From the IMG/VR virus record IMGVR_UViG_2526164669_000028: a DNA stretch of 33,149 nucleotides, one strand, 5' to 3'. The notes under the pieces are model-generated. The model worked only from the letters and a program-made list of their open reading frames with translations, had not been told where the DNA came from and made no database searches. Numbering within the stretch: position 1 is the first letter of the stretch; every line of letters starts with the position of its first letter. Shown in pieces: positions 18,148 through 27,462 of the stretch. The translations under genes were made by a program, and so were the position numbers. Source of the DNA: a virus. Lineage: Duplodnaviria; Heunggongvirae; Uroviricota; Caudoviricetes.

Positions 18148-18783
18148 ATGAACACTCTCGCAAATATTCAGGAACTCGCGCGCGCACTGCGCAACATGAT
18201 CCGCACCGGCATTATCGTCGAAACCGACCTTAACGCCGGTCGCTGCCGCGTGCAGACCGGCGGCATGTGCACCGACTGGCTTCAGTGGCTGACCCATCGC
18301 GCAGGACGTTCGCGCACATGGTGGGCACCTTCCGTGGGGGAACAGGTGCTGATTCTGGCCGTGGGTGGTGAACTCGACACGGCGTTCGTTCTGCCGGGGA
18401 TTTATTCCGGCGATAACCCCTCGCCGTCTGTGTCGGCGGATGCCCTGCATATCCGTTTCCCTGACGGGGCGGTGATTGAATATGAACCCGAAACCAGTGC
18501 ACTCACGGTAAGCGGAATTAAAACGGCCAGCGTGACGGCTTCTGATTCTGTTACTGCCACGGTGCCGGTGGTCATGGTCAAAGCATCAACCCGCGTCACC
18601 TTGGACACCCCGGAGGTGGTCTGCACCAACAGGCTGATTACCGGCACGCTGGAAGTGCAGAAGGGCGGGACGATGCGCGGCAACATTGAACACACCGGCG
18701 GTGAACTCTCATCAAACGGTAAGGTACTGCATACCCATAAACACCCCGGCGACAGCGGCGGCACAACCGGGAGTCCTCTATGA
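18148..18783 (+). CDS. V: Baseplate spike protein gpV
   Basis: 211 aa; synteny and length as P2 V. Confidence 0.9.
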   Translation: MNTLANIQELARALRNMIRTGIIVETDLNAGRCRVQTGGMCTDWLQWLTHRAGRSRTWWAPSVGEQVLILAVGGELDTAFVLPGIYSGDNPSPSVSADALHIRFPDGAVIEYEPETSALTVSGIKTASVTASDSVTATVPVVMVKASTRVTLDTPEVVCTNRLITGTLEVQKGGTMRGNIEHTGGELSSNGKVLHTHKHPGDSGGTTGSPL

Positions 18784-19127
18784 CAGCGCGTTATCTCGGA
18801 ATGAATCGCAGTGATGGCCTGACTGTCACTGACCTTGAGCATATCAGCCAGAGTATCGGCGATATCCTGCGCACGCCGGTCGGCTCACGGGTGATGCGTC
18901 GTGATTACGGCTCGTTGCTGGCGTCAATGATTGACCAGCCGCAGACCCCGGCGCTTGAGTTGCAGATTAAGGTCGCCTGTTACATGGCAGTGCTGAAATG
19001 GGAACCCCGCGTCACCCTGTCATCCGTCACCACGGCGCGCAGTTTTGACGGGCGAATGACGGTCACGTTAACCGGTCAGCACAACGACACCGGCCAGCCA
19101 CTTTCGTTAACCATCCCTGTGAGTTGA
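18780..19127 (+). CDS. W: Baseplate wedge protein gpW
   Basis: 115 aa; ATGA overlap with V. Confidence 0.9.
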   Translation: MTARYLGMNRSDGLTVTDLEHISQSIGDILRTPVGSRVMRRDYGSLLASMIDQPQTPALELQIKVACYMAVLKWEPRVTLSSVTTARSFDGRMTVTLTGQHNDTGQPLSLTIPVS

Positions 19128-19131
19128 AACC

Positions 19132-20040
19132 ATGCCGATTATCGACCTGAACCAGCTACCCGCACCGGATGTGGTCGAGGAGCTGGACTTTGAAACCATT
19201 CTCGCCGAACGCAAGGCGACACTGATTTCCCTTTACCCGGAAGACCAGCAGGAGGCGGTCGCCCGTACCCTCACGCTGGAATCTGAGCCTCTCGTCAAAC
19301 TGCTGGAGGAAAATGCTTATCGTGAGCTTATCTGGCGTCAGCGTGTGAATGAGGCTGCACGGGCGGTGATGCTGGCCTGTGCCGCCGGTAATGACCTTGA
19401 TGTGATTGGTGCCAATTACAACACCACGCGCCTGATTATCACCCCGGCAGATGATTCGACTATCCCGCCGACACCGGCAGTGATGGAATCTGACACCGAT
19501 TATCGTCTGCGTATTCAGCAGGCGTTTGAGGGCTTAAGCGTCGCCGGGTCGGTGGGAGCCTATCAGTATCATGGTCGCAGTGCCGACGGGCGTGTCGCGG
19601 ATATCTCTGTCACCAGTCCGTCTCCGGCCTGCGTCACCATCTCTGTGCTGTCACGTGAAAATAACGGTGTGGCATCCGAAGACCTGCTGGCGGCGGTGCG
19701 TAACGCCCTTAATGGCGAGGACGTCAGGCCGGTGGCCGACCGCGTGACCGTACAGTCTGCCGCCATCGTTGAATATCAGATAAACGCCACGCTTTACCTT
19801 TACCCTGGTCCCGAAAGCGAACCCATCCGCGCTGCCGCCGTGAAAAAACTGGAAGCGTACATCACGGCACAGCACCGGCTGGGGCGCGACATCCGTCTGT
19901 CTGCCATTTATGCCGCTTTGCATGTGGAGGGCGTGCAGCGTGTCGAGCTGGCGGCACCACTGGCCGACATCGTGCTCAACAGTACGCAGGCGTCTTTCTG
20001 TACCGAATACCGCGTCGTGACCGGAGGCTCGGATGAGTGA
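19132..20040 (+). CDS. J: Baseplate protein gpJ
   Basis: 302 aa; synteny and length as P2 J. Confidence 0.9.
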   Translation: MPIIDLNQLPAPDVVEELDFETILAERKATLISLYPEDQQEAVARTLTLESEPLVKLLEENAYRELIWRQRVNEAARAVMLACAAGNDLDVIGANYNTTRLIITPADDSTIPPTPAVMESDTDYRLRIQQAFEGLSVAGSVGAYQYHGRSADGRVADISVTSPSPACVTISVLSRENNGVASEDLLAAVRNALNGEDVRPVADRVTVQSAAIVEYQINATLYLYPGPESEPIRAAAVKKLEAYITAQHRLGRDIRLSAIYAALHVEGVQRVELAAPLADIVLNSTQASFCTEYRVVTGGSDE

Positions 20041-20563
20041 TTCGCGACTGCTGCCGACCGGCTCATCACCGCTTGAAGTCGCCGCCGCAAAAGCCTGTGC
20101 GGAAATTGAAAAAACGCCGGTCAGTATTCGTGAGCTGTGGAACCCGGATACCTGTCCGGCAAATCTGCTTCCGTGGCTGGCGTGGGCGTTTTCGGTCGAC
20201 AGGTGGGATGAAAAGTGGCCGGAAGCGACAAAACGCGCCGTTATCCGCGATGCCTATTTCATCCACTGTCATAAGGGCACTATAGGTGCAATCCGGCGTG
20301 TGGTGGAGCCGCTCGGCTATCTCATCAACGTGACGGAGTGGTGGGAAAACAGTGACCCGCCCGGCACCTTCCGGCTTGATATTGGTGTACTGGAAAGCGG
20401 CATCACAGAAATAATGTATCAGGAAATGGAACGGCTGATTGCTGATGCCAAACCTGCAAGCCGCCACCTTATTGGCCTGAACATTACCCGGGACATTCCC
20501 GGCTACCTGTTCGCCGGTGGTGTGGCTTACGACGGCGATGTAATTACGGTTTACCCCGGATAA
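20033..20563 (+). CDS. I: Baseplate protein gpI
   Basis: 176 aa; overlaps the J stop. Confidence 0.9.
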   Translation: MSDSRLLPTGSSPLEVAAAKACAEIEKTPVSIRELWNPDTCPANLLPWLAWAFSVDRWDEKWPEATKRAVIRDAYFIHCHKGTIGAIRRVVEPLGYLINVTEWWENSDPPGTFRLDIGVLESGITEIMYQEMERLIADAKPASRHLIGLNITRDIPGYLFAGGVAYDGDVITVYPG

Positions 20564-20573
20564 GTGAGGAATA

Positions 20574-22703
20574 ATGAGCACAAAATTCAGAACCGTTATC
20601 ACCACTGCCGGTGCAGCAAAGCTGGCAGCGGCAACCGCACCGGGAGGGCGGAAGGTCAACATTACCACGATGGCCGTCGGGGATGGCGGTGGTAAATTGC
20701 CTGTCCCGGATGCCGGACAGACCGGGCTTATCCACGAAGTCTGGCGACATGCGCTGAACAAAATCAGCCAGGACAAACGAAACAGTAATTATATTATCGC
20801 AGAGCTGGTTATTCCGCCGGAGGTGGGCGGTTTCTGGATGCGTGAGCTTGGCCTGTACGATGATGCGGGAACGTTAATTGCCGTGGCGAACATGGCCGAA
20901 AGTTATAAGCCAGCTCTTGCCGAAGGCTCAGGGCGTTCGCAGACCTGCCGTATGGTCATCATCGTCAGCAGTGTGACCTCAGTGGAGCTGACCATTGACA
21001 CCACAACGGTGATGGCGACGCAGGATTACGTTGATGACAAAATTGCAGAACATGAACAGTCACGACGTCACCCGGACGCCTCGCTGACCGCAAAAGGTTT
21101 TACTCAGTTAAGCAGTGCGACCAACAGTACGTCTGAAACGCTCGCCGCAACGCCGAAAGCGGTAAAGGCCGCATATGACCTTGCTAACGGGAAATATACT
21201 GCGCAGGATGCCACTACGGCGCGAAAAGGCCTTGTTCAGCTCAGTAGTGCGACCAACAGCACGTCTGAAACGCTCGCCGCAACGCCGAAAGCGGTAAAGG
21301 CCGCATATGACCTTGCTAACGGGAAATACACTGCACAGGACGCCACCACCGCGCGAAAAGGCCTTGTTCAGCTCAGTAGCGCCACCAACAGCGATTCTGA
21401 AACGCTTGCGGCAACACCAAAGGCGGTTAAGACAGCGTATGACCTTGCTAACGGGAAATACACTGCACAGGATGCCACCACAGCGCGAAAAGGTCTTGTC
21501 CAGCTAAGTAGCGCCACCAACAGTGATTCTGAAACGCTTGCGGCCACGCCAAAGGCGGTAAAGGTCGCGTATGACCTTGCTAACGGGAAATACACTGCAC
21601 AGGATGCCACCACAGCGCGAAAAGGGCTTGTTCAGCTCAGTAGCGCCACCAACAGTGATTCGGAAACGCTGGCCGCAACACCAAAAGCGGTGAAGTCTGC
21701 CTATGACAATGCTGAAAAACGTCTTCAGAAAGATCAAAATGGCGCGGATATTCCTGATAAAAGATTATTCCTGCGCAATATTGGAGCAACAAATTCAACA
21801 ACCATGTCTTTTAGTGGTGGTACAGGATGGTTCAGGCTGGCAACTGTAACCATGCCACAGGCCAGTTCCGTGGTTTACATAAGTCTGATTGGTGGTGCCG
21901 GATATAATGTTAACTCCCCTATGCAGGCTGGTATATCTGAACTTGTTCTTCGTGCGGGAAATGGAAATCCAAAAGGTCTTACTGGTGCGTTATGGCGACG
22001 GACCTCGGTTGGATTTACTAATTTTGCATGGGTGAATACATCCGGTGATACCTATGATGTTTATGTTGAAATAGGTAATTACGCCACAGGTGTTAATATT
22101 CAGTGGGATTATACCAGTAACGCCAGCGTAACGATTCATACATCACCAACTTATACAGCGAATAAACCAACAGGCCTGACAGATGGAACTGTATATGTAA
22201 TTTACAGTTCGCACATTAAACCGACTGCTGCTGATGTTGGGGCGTTATCATTATCTGGAGGTCAATTGAATGGTGCACTGGGCATCGGTACATCCAGTGC
22301 TCTTGGCGGTAACTCGATTGTTTTGGGTGATAATGACACGGGCTTTAAACAAAATGGCGACGGTAATCTGGATGTTTATGCTAATAACGTCCATGTTATG
22401 CGCTTTGTCTCCGGTAGCATTCAAAGTAATAAAACCATAAATATTACGGGGCGTGTTAATCCCACAGATTACGGTAACTTTGATTCCCGCTATGTCCGGG
22501 ATATCCGGCTTGGTGGTGCTGCCACATACAAACCTGCGAACAATGGCATGACATGGACACATCAGGCACCGTCCGGGTGTGTATATTCTGGCATTATTGT
22601 TCAGGATACCGGCTCAAACTCTGCCGATAACATTGGTGGCGTATATTACAGACCGGTTCAGAAATACATTAACGGGACATGGTATAACGTGGCACAGGTA
22701 TAA
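20574..22703 (+). CDS. H: Tail fibre protein gpH with expanded internal repeats and a divergent C-terminal domain
   Basis: 709 aa; conserved N-terminus (MSTKFRTVITTAGAAKLAAATAPGG...), then five tandem 44-aa repeats, then a lower-GC C-terminal domain. Confidence 0.9.
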   Translation: MSTKFRTVITTAGAAKLAAATAPGGRKVNITTMAVGDGGGKLPVPDAGQTGLIHEVWRHALNKISQDKRNSNYIIAELVIPPEVGGFWMRELGLYDDAGTLIAVANMAESYKPALAEGSGRSQTCRMVIIVSSVTSVELTIDTTTVMATQDYVDDKIAEHEQSRRHPDASLTAKGFTQLSSATNSTSETLAATPKAVKAAYDLANGKYTAQDATTARKGLVQLSSATNSTSETLAATPKAVKAAYDLANGKYTAQDATTARKGLVQLSSATNSDSETLAATPKAVKTAYDLANGKYTAQDATTARKGLVQLSSATNSDSETLAATPKAVKVAYDLANGKYTAQDATTARKGLVQLSSATNSDSETLAATPKAVKSAYDNAEKRLQKDQNGADIPDKRLFLRNIGATNSTTMSFSGGTGWFRLATVTMPQASSVVYISLIGGAGYNVNSPMQAGISELVLRAGNGNPKGLTGALWRRTSVGFTNFAWVNTSGDTYDVYVEIGNYATGVNIQWDYTSNASVTIHTSPTYTANKPTGLTDGTVYVIYSSHIKPTAADVGALSLSGGQLNGALGIGTSSALGGNSIVLGDNDTGFKQNGDGNLDVYANNVHVMRFVSGSIQSNKTINITGRVNPTDYGNFDSRYVRDIRLGGAATYKPANNGMTWTHQAPSGCVYSGIIVQDTGSNSADNIGGVYYRPVQKYINGTWYNVAQV
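21093..21708 (+). repeat. Five tandem copies of a 132-bp (44-codon) in-frame repeat within H
   Basis: Unit KG(F/L)(T/V)QLSSATNS(T/D)SETLAATPKAVK(A/T/V/S)AYDLANGKYTAQDATTAR begins at 21093, 21225, 21357, 21489 and 21621; the last copy is partial. Confidence 0.85.
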
Positions 22704-22706
22704 TTT

Positions 22707-23234
22707 ATGCAGCATTTGATAAATATAACAGCGGGTAATCCAAAAACGGTTGAACAATATCAATTGACAAAGGGTTTTGATGTTGTCTGGTTTTTTTCAG
22801 AAGATGGTAAGAACTGGTACGAAGAACAAAAGTATTTTGCTGATGACACGATAAAAATAGCGTACGACAAAGATAATATTATCCGCTATGTGGAAAAGGA
22901 TGTGACAGCTATCAGACCAGATGGATTAAGTGTGGTTGAAGTGCCGGATATTACTGCTAACCGACGGGCGGACATTTCAGGGAACTGGATGTTTAAGGAC
23001 GGTACAGTGATTAAACGAATTTATACGGCAGAGGAATTGCAGCAGCAGGCAGAAAATCGGAAAGCCAGACTTCTTGCTGATGCTGAATCCGTGATTTTGC
23101 CGCTGGAACGCGCGGTCAGGCTGAACATGGCAACAGATGAGGAACGCACACGGCTGGAGGCTTGGGAACGCTACAGCGTTCTGGTCAGTCGTGTGGATCC
23201 TGCAAATCCTGAATGGCCGGAAATGCCGCAATAA
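22707..23234 (+). CDS. G: Tail fibre assembly chaperone gpG
   Basis: 175 aa immediately downstream of H; lower GC, like the H C-terminus. Confidence 0.85.
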   Translation: MQHLINITAGNPKTVEQYQLTKGFDVVWFFSEDGKNWYEEQKYFADDTIKIAYDKDNIIRYVEKDVTAIRPDGLSVVEVPDITANRRADISGNWMFKDGTVIKRIYTAEELQQQAENRKARLLADAESVILPLERAVRLNMATDEERTRLEAWERYSVLVSRVDPANPEWPEMPQ

Positions 23235-23268
23235 GTTGTATAAGCTCTGGTGTGAGATTACATATCTA

Positions 23269-23310
23269 TGGCACAGAGTAAAGCCTAATCTGACAGTCCA
23301 CTCTGTGCCA
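23269..23310. repeat. Inverted repeat hairpin downstream of G
   Basis: TGGCACAGAGT (23269-23279) and ACTCTGTGCCA (23300-23310), 11-12 bp perfect arms with a 20-nt loop; no following T-run. Confidence 0.5.
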
Positions 23311-23427
23311 TTACCGGACATACTGAGCAGAAGGCTAAAAAGGACGCTTTCAGGACATATAGCAAGGGAGCAAGGATGAAAGAATTAACCCAGTATATTT
23401 AATGTTTCAATCATGATAGTTTCTGAA

Positions 23428-23454
23428 TTAAAGGGGGCTACCCACCCCCTTTAA
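23428..23454. terminator. Palindromic hairpin abutting the stop of the 92-aa minus-strand gene
   Basis: TTAAAGGGGG ... CCCCCTTTAA, 10-bp stem; ends one base before the minus-strand stop codon (23455-23457). Confidence 0.45.
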
Positions 23455-23733
23455 TTACTTGTTCCACTCAGTCAGAATTTGGTTACTAACTTCATCTGAG
23501 AGATTGTACCAATAAGCTGAGTTATTGGTTGCGTCTACAACAATAAGCTTATCATCACTATCCATGACCGCCCTCACAATTTTGGCTGCATCCTCGGCAG
23601 AGTAACTACAGTTAACATACCAGTTCGATTCAGTTGTTAAAGCCCAATTTCCTAAAGATTTAATTGCATCATACACAGCCGCATAATCTTTCGTTTTAAT
23701 GAGGTCGTAAGTAATAAATAAATTATTAGCCAT
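23455..23733 (-). CDS. Hypothetical protein (92 aa), cargo gene in the G-FI hotspot
   Basis: Minus ORF with GGAGA RBS 7 nt upstream; AT-rich; no recognisable motif. Confidence 0.55.
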   Translation of the reverse strand: MANNLFITYDLIKTKDYAAVYDAIKSLGNWALTTESNWYVNCSYSAEDAAKIVRAVMDSDDKLIVVDATNNSAYWYNLSDEVSNQILTEWNK

Positions 23734-23761
23734 AAATCATCTCCCAAAGGACAAAGAAAAA

Positions 23762-23779
23762 AGCGCCTAGAAAGGCGCT
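23762..23779 (-). terminator. Hairpin plus T-run between the two minus-strand cargo genes (possible attenuator or terminator)
   Basis: AGCGCCT agaa AGGCGCT, 7-bp stem; on the minus strand it is followed by TTTTTTCTTTGTCC and then the RBS of the 92-aa gene. Confidence 0.4.
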
Positions 23780-23785
23780 CATATA

Positions 23786-23965
23786 TTAATGGTCTTTAAG
23801 CCATGCCTGTACTTTCTTAGCCGAATGACCTACAGCCTGTACGGCTTGAACAAGTTTGGCCTCGCTAACTCCAAACTTTTCAGCCCAATCACGTCTCTCG
23901 TAATCCTGTTTGATACTTATTAAATCATTGTCAGGTGTACCGATTTTGGTCTTATCATCAGCCAT
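23786..23965 (-). CDS. Small protein (60 aa), possibly DUF3606-like
   Basis: Internal start MADDKTKIGTPDNDLISIKQDYERRDWAEKFGVSEAKLVQAVQAVGHSAKKVQAWLKDH with GAGGA RBS 9 nt upstream; the motif (...Y.RDWA.KFGVS...L..AV..VG.SA.KV...L) resembles my recollection of DUF3606; not verified. Confidence 0.5.
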   Translation of the reverse strand: MADDKTKIGTPDNDLISIKQDYERRDWAEKFGVSEAKLVQAVQAVGHSAKKVQAWLKDH

Positions 23966-24456
23966 TTTACTGATTCCTCGTGATACAGGCTTATACCTGC
24001 CCATTAGTTATATGGCTCCCGTGCTGCTTCGTAAACGTTCAATAATCAAACAATTGACACTGATCATAAAACCAGTTAGAGGATTTGACTCTAGCTTGGA
24101 TATATGATGATGCCACCCCTTTTATATTGTTGTCGGTAACTCACAGACATTGAACTCATGCTGGTGAGTGAAAGGCTACATAAACGTCCAACATTTAAAC
24201 TGCCATCAGCAGCGTTCGCGGAGCAATATACAGGCTTCGTATTCAATCCTTGCCCTACGAGAAACCCTAGCCGTTGCCTCGTTTTCAAGTGTCAGGAAGT
24301 TCTTTGTCAGACCTCATACAGTCTTGGGTTGGGTGAGGTGCATGGGGGAAGTTGAAGCCTTAACTGTTGAGGTAAATCGAACCATAAGTGTGCAATTTTT
24401 CAAGCCCGGCGCTATTTTAGTATTGAAAACAATTCGTACGCCCCCAAGGACAACTC

Positions 24457-25077
24457 ATGATCGAATTTATCGCAGAGCATATAAACACAGTAAGTACACT
24501 TATCTCCGCTTTGGCAGCATTGCTAACAGCAGTTGCTACATTTTTCTTGTGGAGAGTAACAAGGCTATTAGCAGACGAGACAAAAAGGATGGTTGACGCA
24601 TCAGTTCAACCTCATGTCGTTGTGACTCTTGAACCAAATTCTTGGGCTGCTTTTTATTTTGATATCAATATTGCTAATACCGGAAATGCCCCAGCCTATG
24701 ATATTGAAGTCGGATTTAATCCCCCACTGGTTAATGCAGAACATAGAAAAAATAAAGGTATACCATTTAGCAAGGTTAGCGTATTGAAAAACGGCCATTC
24801 CCTCAACAGCAGTCTTTGTAAGTATGACCAGATTAAAGATCAAGTTTATTCTGTTAGTATTAGCTGGTCTAAACAGCCGGGCTCAACTGAAAGAGAGCGG
24901 AATGAGTATTCTTATGATATGGCTTCTTTCGAGGGGGTTAGCTACTTAGGTGCAAGGAGTCCAATGACACAGATAGCTGAGCAGATGAAAAAGATTAGAG
25001 AAGACTGGAGGCCGATTTCCCAGGGAAGCAAAAAAATTAAAACAGACAACTATAATTCAAGTGGCAGAGCAGAGTAA
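24457..25077 (+). CDS. Hypothetical membrane-anchored protein (206 aa), cargo gene in the G-FI hotspot
   Basis: AAGGA RBS 8 nt upstream; N-terminal hydrophobic helix (TVSTLISALAALLTAVATFFLW); AT-rich; no recognisable catalytic motif. Confidence 0.6.
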   Translation: MIEFIAEHINTVSTLISALAALLTAVATFFLWRVTRLLADETKRMVDASVQPHVVVTLEPNSWAAFYFDINIANTGNAPAYDIEVGFNPPLVNAEHRKNKGIPFSKVSVLKNGHSLNSSLCKYDQIKDQVYSVSISWSKQPGSTERERNEYSYDMASFEGVSYLGARSPMTQIAEQMKKIREDWRPISQGSKKIKTDNYNSSGRAE

Positions 25078-25284
25078 CAACGAGCACGTGAAGAGTGGTA
25101 TCAGACCACTGTAAAGAAATGGGATAAAGAAAGGCAAAAAGATAACTAATACAATTAACCTACTCCCCATAAATTAGCATACCACAATCTCAGGTTCCTC
25201 TTCGCTCAAAACAGGCTGTCAGATTTGATAGCGTTTTGGCTATGTAAATTGTCAGTCGGAAAATGAGTGAGTACAAATCAGGAC

Positions 25285-25312
25285 AGGCGGGCGAATTGCC
25301 CGCCTTTTCTTT
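25285..25312 (+). terminator. Rho-independent terminator upstream of the FI late operon
   Basis: AGGCGGGC gaatt GCCCGCCT, 8-bp stem followed by TTTTCTTT. Confidence 0.6.
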
Positions 25313-25408
25313 ATCTGTTGTTTCATCCACTGACCAGCCAGGTCAAATAGCGTCTCATGCACTGCCCAACAGAAAATAGTTGCACCCATTAACCACGGAG
25401 TTAAACGG

Positions 25409-26599
25409 ATGAGTGACTATCATCATGGCGTGCAGGTGCTGGAGATTAACGACGGCACCCGCGTCATTTCCACCGTATCCACTGCCGTTGTCGGCATGGT
25501 CTGTACGGCCAGCGATGCGGATGCGGAAACCTTCCCCCTCAATAAACCTGTGCTGATTACCAATGTGCAGAGCGCAATTGCAAAGGCCGGTAAAAAAGGC
25601 ACGCTGGCGGCATCGTTGCAGGCCATCGCCGACCAGTCAAAACCGGTCACCGTTGTCGTGCGTGTGGAAGACGGCACCGGCGACGACGAGGAAACGAAAC
25701 TCGCGCAGACCGTTTCCAATATCATCGGCACCACCGACGAAAATGGTCAGTACACCGGACTGAAAGCCCTGCTGGCGGCGGAGTCGGTAACCGGCGTTAA
25801 ACCGCGTATTCTCGGTGTGCCGGGACTGGACACCAAAGAGGTGGCTGTTGCACTGGCATCAGTCTGTCAGAAGCTGCGCGCTTTCGGATATATCAGCGCA
25901 TGGGGCTGTAAGACCATTTCCGAGGTGAAAGCCTACCGCCAGAATTTCAGCCAGCGTGAACTGATGGTTATCTGGCCGGATTTCCTCGCATGGGATACGG
26001 TCACCAGTACCACCGCCACCGCGTATGCCACCGCCCGTGCGCTGGGTCTGCGTGCCAAAATCGACCAGGAGCAGGGCTGGCATAAAACGCTGTCCAACGT
26101 TGGGGTAAACGGTGTTACCGGCATCAGCGCATCTGTATTCTGGGATTTGCAGGAGTCCGGCACCGATGCTGACCTGCTTAACGAGTCAGGCGTCACTACG
26201 CTGATTCGCCGCGACGGTTTCCGATTCTGGGGTAACCGTACCTGCTCTGATGACCCGCTGTTCCTCTTTGAAAACTACACCCGCACCGCGCAGGTGCTGG
26301 CCGACACGATGGCTGAGGCGCACATGTGGGCGGTGGACAAGCCCATCACCGCAACGCTGATTCGCGACATCGTTGACGGCATCAATGCCAAATTCCGTGA
26401 GCTGAAAACAAACGGCTATATCGTGGATGCGACCTGCTGGTTCAGCGAAGAATCCAACGATGCGGAAACCCTCAAGGCCGGAAAACTGTATATCGACTAC
26501 GACTATACACCGGTGCCTCCTCTTGAAAACCTGACCCTGCGCCAGCGTATTACCGATAAATACCTGGCAAATCTGGTCACTTCGGTTAACAGCAATTAA
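25409..26599 (+). CDS. FI: Tail sheath protein gpFI
   Basis: 396 aa, MSDYHHGVQVLEINDGTRVISTVSTA...; matches recalled P2 FI. Confidence 0.92.
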   Translation: MSDYHHGVQVLEINDGTRVISTVSTAVVGMVCTASDADAETFPLNKPVLITNVQSAIAKAGKKGTLAASLQAIADQSKPVTVVVRVEDGTGDDEETKLAQTVSNIIGTTDENGQYTGLKALLAAESVTGVKPRILGVPGLDTKEVAVALASVCQKLRAFGYISAWGCKTISEVKAYRQNFSQRELMVIWPDFLAWDTVTSTTATAYATARALGLRAKIDQEQGWHKTLSNVGVNGVTGISASVFWDLQESGTDADLLNESGVTTLIRRDGFRFWGNRTCSDDPLFLFENYTRTAQVLADTMAEAHMWAVDKPITATLIRDIVDGINAKFRELKTNGYIVDATCWFSEESNDAETLKAGKLYIDYDYTPVPPLENLTLRQRITDKYLANLVTSVNSN

Positions 26600-26611
26600 G
26601 GAGCCTGACCG

Positions 26612-27130
26612 ATGGCAATGCCGCGCAAACTCAAGTTAATGAACGTCTTTCTGAACGGCTACAGCTATCAGGGCGTCGCGAAGTCCGTCACGCTGCCAAA
26701 ACTGACCCGTAAGCTCGAAAACTATCGCGGTGCGGGGATGAACGGCAGCGCACCGGTAGACCTCGGCCTTGATGACGATGCGCTGTCAATGGAGTGGTCG
26801 CTCGGGGGCTTCCCGGATTCGGTTATCTGGGAGCTTTACGCCGCAACCGGTGTGGATGCCGTGCCGATTCGTTTTGCAGGCTCTTACCAGCGCGACGATA
26901 CCGGCGAAACGGTGGCCGTCGAGGTGGTCATGCGTGGACGTCAGAAAGAAATCGACACCGGCGAGGGCAAACAGGGAGAAGACACCGAGTCGAAAATCTC
27001 CGTGGTCTGCACCTATTTCCGGCTGACGATGGACGGTAAGGAGCTGGTCGAAATCGACACCATCAACATGATTGAGAAGGTGAACGGCGTCGACCGGCTG
27101 GAGCAACACCGCCGCAATATCGGCCTGTGA
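26612..27130 (+). CDS. FII: Tail tube protein gpFII
   Basis: 172 aa; synteny and length as P2 FII. Confidence 0.9.
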   Translation: MAMPRKLKLMNVFLNGYSYQGVAKSVTLPKLTRKLENYRGAGMNGSAPVDLGLDDDALSMEWSLGGFPDSVIWELYAATGVDAVPIRFAGSYQRDDTGETVAVEVVMRGRQKEIDTGEGKQGEDTESKISVVCTYFRLTMDGKELVEIDTINMIEKVNGVDRLEQHRRNIGL

Positions 27131-27186
27131 TTTTCATCCGGTCAGCCTGGCTGACCGGTTAACCCCGATTCAGAAGTGAGAAAACC

Positions 27187-27462
27187 ATGAACAAAGAAAA
27201 CGTCATTACCCTGGACAATCCGGTCAAACGTGGTGAGCAGGTTATCGAACAGGTCACGCTGATGAAACCCAGTGCCGGGACGCTGCGCGGTGTCAGTCTG
27301 GCTGCAGTCGCGAACTCCGAAGTCGATGCACTGATTAAAGTGCTGCCGCGCATGACGGCACCGATGCTGACCGAGCAGGAAGTCGCCGCACTGGAACTGC
27401 CTGACCTTGTGGCGCTGGCCGGTAAGGTGGTCAGTTTTTTGTCGCCGAACTCGGTGCAGTAA
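27187..27462 (+). CDS. E: Tail assembly chaperone gpE
   Basis: 91 aa; synteny and length as P2 E. Confidence 0.85.
   Translation: MNKENVITLDNPVKRGEQVIEQVTLMKPSAGTLRGVSLAAVANSEVDALIKVLPRMTAPMLTEQEVAALELPDLVALAGKVVSFLSPNSVQ

Noticed and set aside
21093-21708. Possible CRISPR array suggested by regular direct repeats
   Set aside because: Repeat unit is 132 bp with no unique spacers, is in-frame coding sequence of the tail fibre, and has no leader or cas genes.
21307-21737. Overlapping ORFs on both strands inside gene H (21307..21507 +, 21368..21613 -, 21504..21737 -)
   Set aside because: They lie wholly within the 132-bp tandem repeats of H and their translations are themselves repetitive; they are frame artefacts of the repeat.
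24168-24596. 142-aa ORF overlapping the start of the 206-aa membrane protein gene
   Set aside because: No RBS, out of frame with the well-supported downstream gene, and most of it lies in the putative regulatory gap.
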